Positions 33,740 through 39,319 of a stretch of DNA of 39,319 nt are shown one piece after another. Source of the stretch: Pelomyxa schiedti (Eukaryota > Protista > Evosea). The notes under the pieces were generated by a model. It worked only from the letters and a program-made list of their open reading frames with translations, was not told where the DNA came from and did not search any database. Location: assembly GCA_020536535.1 (NCBI GenBank), contig JAHLWZ010000495.1, forward strand, positions 1-39,319, given 5' to 3'. The position numbers were made by a program, and so were the translations under genes. How positions within the stretch are numbered: position 1 is the stretch's first letter; every line of letters starts with the position of its first letter.

Positions 33740-34900
33740 AAAAAATCGAAATTGTCGCATCGTTGTGTCAAAAATCAAGAAATTGGAGTTATTTGACCCC
33801 CAAAACTCGTTATATGGAAGCTGCACTGGCACGAGCACAAAAGTACTTTCTGGCTAGTGCTGCCAAATGGGGAAAAGAATTCCTGGGTATTCATTAGTGA
33901 GAGAGAACTGAGTGAAGAAACAATACTTGGAAGTTGCCCACCTCTTTGCAGGGGAGGACGGTTTAGATAAGAGGAGACTTCATCAGACTTGGGGGAATCA
34001 ATACCATAAGTGGAAATAAAATCTTTGGCCCCTCAACAGTGAAGATATTTGCTGGTAAGGGGACTGGCAGCCGTTGTAGAAGGTAGACGTTGTTGGTGTT
34101 AGAAAATAAAATGGCAATTACAACACACCGTTTGAGCATCTTGTATGTGGAATTCCACCTTGTGTCATTGGCATTAATGAGTTTGAGTTGTGGTTTATTC
34201 TTTCTCAATTGGTGCTACAGGTTGCTTTGGAGCTCCATGAAAAATAAGAAATCAATGGTTTAATCATTGAAAGGAGTGACTGCACATCAGGTTCCTAAGG
34301 ATAATAAGGAAAAGTCTCAGGACATATAGAAACACACAGAAAGAATATTCTGGACAGTCAGTTGCAACACATGGCAACCACATGAAAGGTAGCCTAATCT
34401 CAGAGCTTTTGCAGTGGCAATCATGTTTGCTCCTTCGTCAGAAGCAAACTCCACACCTGCAATAGTTAACAGGAAGCACCAGAAACAGTGTCAAACTACT
34501 TTGATGGAGGGCCACTCTGTGTTCATAACACAGCTGATATTTGTTGTAAAATCAATATGTGAGAGGGTCCGCACTGGCCTCACAGCAACTAGGATCTCCA
34601 GTGGTTGCCAGTCGTGGGTAATGAGGAAAAATATCACTCCCAAGTAGCCCACATTGGCACTAATTGTGTTAAAAAGGAAGGAAATACAAAGAAACAGTTA
34701 CGTAGATGTCCAGACATCTGATTTAACTGTTGCAAAGCACGTGGAATCTGCTTGTATCACACTTTTTATCTTGGAAATGTTAATACAGTCAAGTTGAACA
34801 TGAAGGCTCAGTGTAGTACAGTGCAGAGTGAGAGTAATCCACCCTGTGGTGACTGTGGATTATGTGTTATTTGGGTGGTATTAAAGTTACAAAACACCTG
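33740..34900 (-). mobile_element. hAT-superfamily transposase remnant (intron-containing, pseudogenised, internally deleted)
   Basis: Motifs in order: SDVWTS|T..YLGV..LITHDW (catalytic D1), FASDEGANM (D2), SCGCHVLQLTVQN (CxxH), DTRWNSTYKML, SYLNRP, FPHLAALARKYF..SAASI*RVFG (catalytic E is now TAA at 33810-33812). Frameshift near 34215. No TIRs identified. Confidence 0.88.
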
Positions 34901-35427
34901 TACCTCCCTCATTGGTTTTCTCGGCCACAAGTGACCCTCGACGTCCCTGCTCGCGCCAACAGTCCTACCCACGGGTGAACATCGTATGGACGCACATCTG
35001 GTTCCGATGTTTGGGCCCAAAGGAAAAAAAAATACTTTGATTGTCAGTAGAACAACCTTCAAGCCTCTTAGCCCGCGGCAAAGGGTCAACTCGTTGTAAA
35101 ACACATAGCCCACAAATAGGAGGAGGAATCAGCTCATTTATCTACCTACCTACTCTATTGTACAACCACACCACATCCCGAACAAAAAAAACCGAGCCCG
35201 ACCACAAAAAAAACAGGCCGTCGGTTGCGGCAACCAAAAACCCAATGCCCGGTGGGTACAACAAAAACCGACAGTAAAACAACACCACATCACTTGGCTA
35301 CACCACCGCACGCAACGCACGTAGGACGCAACACTAACTAAAATTTTTAAATTTTCAATCAAGGAATTTTGATTTGAGTTGCCTCTCATCGCAATTTGTC
35401 CTTCCTTTTGTTTCTTGGTTTGTTAAC

Positions 35428-36296
35428 ATGGAGCGGTGGCAAAGAGTGGGCATAGCAGTCGCTTTTCTGTTGGTCTTCGTCACTTTCTACTTGGTGGGCT
35501 CGGGTGGTAGGAACGATGAGCGGGAACAACAACCGCGTGTTCCGCCTCCCGTTTATGTTACGCCCAAGAAAGCGACTCCTACTGTTGCTCCGCACGAGCC
35601 GTGGAAATTCAAGTTCAGTGAAGCGTGTGCGGGCGTGACACCACAACAGCCTCTAGGAACCATACAAACACCCGCAGACCTACCTGCGATGTTGGCTGCA
35701 AGAAAGATCGCAGGTAATTTAATAACATTAAAATTTCATTTGAGGGCATGTCTAGCCTTGCCTAACATTCCCAGGTGAGGCTGCGGAAATTGATGCACCT
35801 GATGGATCCTTCTCTGATGTTATCCTGCAAAAATGGCCACACTGTAAAAAAGTTTATGTTGTATCCACAACGGCTTCCAGTGCCAGTAATGTTGAGGTGC
35901 TGCACGGCTCATCGCAGGAGGTTCTTCCAATCTCTTAACAATGTATTCTCATTTCGGTTACACCAAGGCTGCAAGACTGATTCCTGATGATTCACTGGCC
36001 CTTGTGTACTTAAATAACTATGACCATGTATTTGAAGACCTGTCAATATGGTACCCAAAGCTCAAACTTGGGGGAATTATGTCTGGACAGTATAAGAATA
36101 TGGTAGAGCCTTTCTTTTAATGAATAAAGCACATCGTTGGGGAAACCTCACAGAACAATAGGCAGGTGCTAATGCAACGAGTTTATTTGAAGAGGCAGTA
36201 AACACCCCAGTATACAAGTTTTCAAAATCCGTATGCAGACAAGTGTCCTTCTCCTATCGCACAAGAAGAGCACCCTCATTTTTCTTTGCCAAGTAA
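35428..36296 (+). CDS. Type II membrane class I SAM-dependent methyltransferase-like protein (Methyltransf_24-like)
   Basis: N-terminal TM VGIAVAFLLVFVTFYLV and a Pro-rich stem. Spliced GEAAEIDAPDGSFSDVILQKWPHCKKVYVV..|AARLIPDDSLALVYL..EDLSIWYPKLKLGGIMSG..SFFFAK, stop 36294-36296. Confidence 0.72.
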
Positions 36297-37455
36297 TTTG
36301 AAATCGGGTAATATGAAAACCGCCTGGTTAGATCAAATTTTTTACTTGCACGACTTTTTTCACTTTTTTCAGCAAAAAAAAAAACCAAGGCCAACACATG
36401 GACTAGATTTTAATGCGGCTTAGGACAGACAAAGGAAAAGAAGGCAAACAAGACAAAAAGGAACAAAGAGGAAAGGGAAAAGGCAAGAAATGGTCACAAC
36501 CTGAAGGCTTAGCGAGAGAGAACACACCGAACAACCGATTGTGTGACCGATCGCGCATGTGGGAGCAGCCCCAAAAATGGTTGCAAAACGCCCACCTCAC
36601 CCCCGGTATGCACCACGCGTCACCGCTACGAGACGTGCGGAATGTGTCTCGCTCCTGTGAATTGTTGGCTCGAACAACGCTGAGGTGTTTGTGCCCTTTT
36701 CTTGGGAACTGTATAATTGTTGTGGATGCACGAAATAATGCAGGGTTTTCAGCAATTGGCACAACATAACCTGAGAAAGTGGAGCAAAGCCACACGTATT
36801 CTCCTGGACCTGCCTGTCAGTCTGGGTTACCTATTATGTTTGAGTGGGGTGATGATGAATATGGAGAGGGGGATTTACCTTGGTGATGTTACCCTGTAAG
36901 TGGAAAATCCACCACCTATCCTCAGGTGAAACGAGAAAAAGAAGAAAGAAGCCACACACTGGTGGCCAAACTGCTGGAGATCAGAAGGCCGGCGATGCTC
37001 CATGATAGCCACAACACCTCCTGGTTTTTGGGGTGAGAAATCGAAAAATAAAAACAGAGAAGACAAAACATACCACTGTCCATCATTGCATTGTATAACA
37101 ATATACTGTTGGCAGAAGCCACACTGCACCCTGCACCCTCTGCAACATGTTTCCTTTCCGAGGTTTTGAGGGCAAACGACTCTACATTAGACAAAACTCA
37201 ATCGATCAGGAGTTTGTGCACTAAAAATAGTTTTATTTTGACAAGCCACACCCACACTCACAGGCTCCGAATTAATATCTAGTGTCGAGAACCACTTGAA
37301 TTAAACCTGAGAGGATAGTCGACATCATAACTGGATCATTGAGCGGAGAGTTGGGGTGGAGGTTTACATACCAAAACACTATGTTCCACCCTTTTTTCTC
37401 AGCCCCCACCTTTTGGTGTAGGGGCTACCTATGGGTTTATTTTTGATTTATTTTT

Positions 37456-38998
37456 TTATGGTTGAGAGGGGTGGTGGGCAGCTGTTGCGGCTTGTTGTTG
37501 CTTTGCTTCTGCATCTCCTTTATTGTAGTTGAATATGGACAGCCCAACAAGCACAACACCGCAAAGGAATTGCATGTTTACATTTGTGCCAAGGAGCCAC
37601 CAGCTCATAACCGCTGTGATAAGCACACTGACAGCAACAGCAAAACCCTAAACAATGGGGGATTAATTGCCGGAGGAACAGAAAGTGTTAGAATACCTTG
37701 ATAATATTATCCGCATATTTCATCACCATGGCCACTAGAAGACCCCCAACAGCACTTGACAGCACAATCAAAGCAGTGAGGTAAGAGTGCCCCGAGAATA
37801 CTGCCAAGCCTTTTCCACTCCAAATGGCATCAAACAGCACACTTACAGAGCACAAGGCGATACTATACATGCCTGAGTGTGATTAGTCATAGGTAGTGCT
37901 TGATGTTGAACTAAACTGAGTTGTAAGTTCCTCTCCCAAATGGTTGCAGTGCCGGACTTAAGAACCTTCTCAAAGTATACTGAAGCCATGCCAGATAGAA
38001 CAGTTACAAGTAGAGAGCAAATGATCTACAGAGAATAAATTGAAAATCTTGTTTATTAATAAATGTTAGCAGTACCCAAATTAATATCAATTAATAAATT
38101 GATCTCTAAATTACCCCAATGATGTAAGCTGTTGTTACGCCAGTTCTACCAAGAGTCGAGGTTTCAGATATGTCACTCAGAGGCGGAACGTCACACATAA
38201 CACCAATGGATGCTTGTTGGACTAAAATCGCGGCAATGATAAGTTCAACTAAAGCACGCCACATAGCTGTATTCACGAGTTTTTCTTTAACAAGTTAGTG
38301 GAAGAGTGCTGGGGGTGGATACGTACTCAAAATTATTACAGAGAGAACTGCTGTCGTCAAGATTTTGAGCTGATTGAGAACTCCAAACACAGCACCGTCC
38401 ACAGTGCTGAGACCCGCAAAGGCAAGGATATTTTGAATAAAGTACAGAAAAGCTGGTACACTGGTAGCTGCCGATTTGGCAATTGTGTCCTGCGCATCTG
38501 TTAGAGAGACGGACCATCCAGACAGTATCACATACATACATAAAAATACTGCGGGATAGGAACTGAGGGTGACCTCGTTGCTAACATCAGCAGTGCTGAC
38601 ATTACTAGGGCATTCAAAGCGGGGGAAAAAAAATTAAGACCCAGTAACTTGGCGAGAAGAGAAAAAAAAAACAACAACCCACAGAAATTGCACTCACAAA
38701 CAAACAAACTATGGTGTAATTAATTACCGAATTTAGTTATCTCAATAAAGAGTACAGCCACGATCTTGCTGTAGTGCTCATGCTGTACTCCCCGAGAGTA
38801 GCTCACCAACATCCAATACGCGACGCACTGCACGGTGAGGCCCACGAGCGCGAACGCCTTCATCGAGCACCACCCCCGGACGCACGGCCCTACACTCCAG
38901 ACCACAGATCCAACGCCCTCCGTTTGTTTTGGCAACACGGACAACCCACCCGGTGTCGCATCTCCGGTACCCTCTCGGTTACTCAAACGCTGTTGCAT
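37456..38998 (-). CDS. SLC35A-type nucleotide-sugar transporter (UDP-Gal/UDP-GlcNAc/CMP-Sia family)
   Basis: Motifs LTVQ..LVSYSR..YS..AVLFIEITK, VPAFLYFIQN, VLNQLKILTTAVLSV, SGMASVYFEKVLK..IWERNLQLS, GGLLVAMVMKYADNIIK|GFA. Stop 37456-37458. The true start may be the downstream MKAF ATG. Confidence 0.92.
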
Positions 38999-39163
38999 TG
39001 TGGGTCGAAAGTAACTTAGTCATCCTGTTCAATTGTTCTGGTGTTTTCGATTCCTCCAGGGATAACACCCCGATTGTAGTTGCACCCGCTCTCCCTTGTG
39101 GGATTGAGGTTCAACACAAAAGAATGAAGCGTTTTTTTTCGTCGCTTTACTCAGAAAAGAGGG

Positions 39164-39319
39164 ATGAAGGACGAAAGTGGCACTCGGACGACTACGACGA
39201 CGTTCCACGTGGAGTGGGTGCGATGCATGGGGATCGTGATGATCGTGGCATGCAACGTGGGGATACCGTGGTACGGCGGCGGTTTCATCGGCGTCGACGT
39301 CCTGTTCGTGACTGCTGGA
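39164..39319 (+). CDS. Acyltransferase-3 (OafA/OatA-like) O-acyltransferase, 5' partial
   Basis: MKDES..FHVEWVRCMGIVMIVACNVGIPWYGGGFIGVDVLFVTAG matches the AT3 N-terminal consensus (DGLR...H....GG.LGVD.FF..SG). The ORF runs off the window end. Confidence 0.75.
   Translation, partial: MKDESGTRTTTTTFHVEWVRCMGIVMIVACNVGIPWYGGGFIGVDVLFVTAG

Noticed and set aside
35180-35300. AAAACCGA-like motifs as possible hAT subterminal repeats or TIR
   Set aside because: Only about two short copies in A-rich sequence, and no matching inverted terminus or TSD was found by eye.
36400-37370. Possible small multi-exon gene between the methyltransferase and the sugar transporter
   Set aside because: Splice-like signals and open segments occur on both strands, but I could not build a consistent stop-free model or recognise a domain.

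Overview
Eukaryotic, gene-dense DNA with many short GT-AG introns (about 40-110 nt). The style fits an intron-rich protist, probably amoebozoan; that assignment is inference. I rebuilt the gene models by hand from splice sites, so exon boundaries are predictions. From left to right: a Cys-rich/Ser-rich gene with a possible C2-like end, next to a 100-N gap whose flanks are duplicated; a roughly 470-bp fold-back inverted repeat; a decayed protein kinase; a DUF1771-Smr nuclease gene; a divergent LRR-SAM-caspase-like (peptidase C14) fusion gene; a receptor-type TKL kinase; a RhoGAP-like/C2/C2/RapGAP gene; a coiled-coil/gelsolin/villin-headpiece gene; a Ubl-membrane protein; a Crinkler-type P-loop NTPase plus PD-(D/E)xK nuclease; a Trk K+ transporter; a large membrane protein with two PqiA-like domains; an intron-bearing hAT transposase pseudogene; a type II membrane methyltransferase; an SLC35A nucleotide-sugar transporter; and the start of an acyltransferase-3 gene. 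The most striking item is the putatively myristoylated LRR-SAM-caspase gene (5305-8756). It has an intact His/Cys dyad and eight consecutive 84-nt phase-1 LRR exons.
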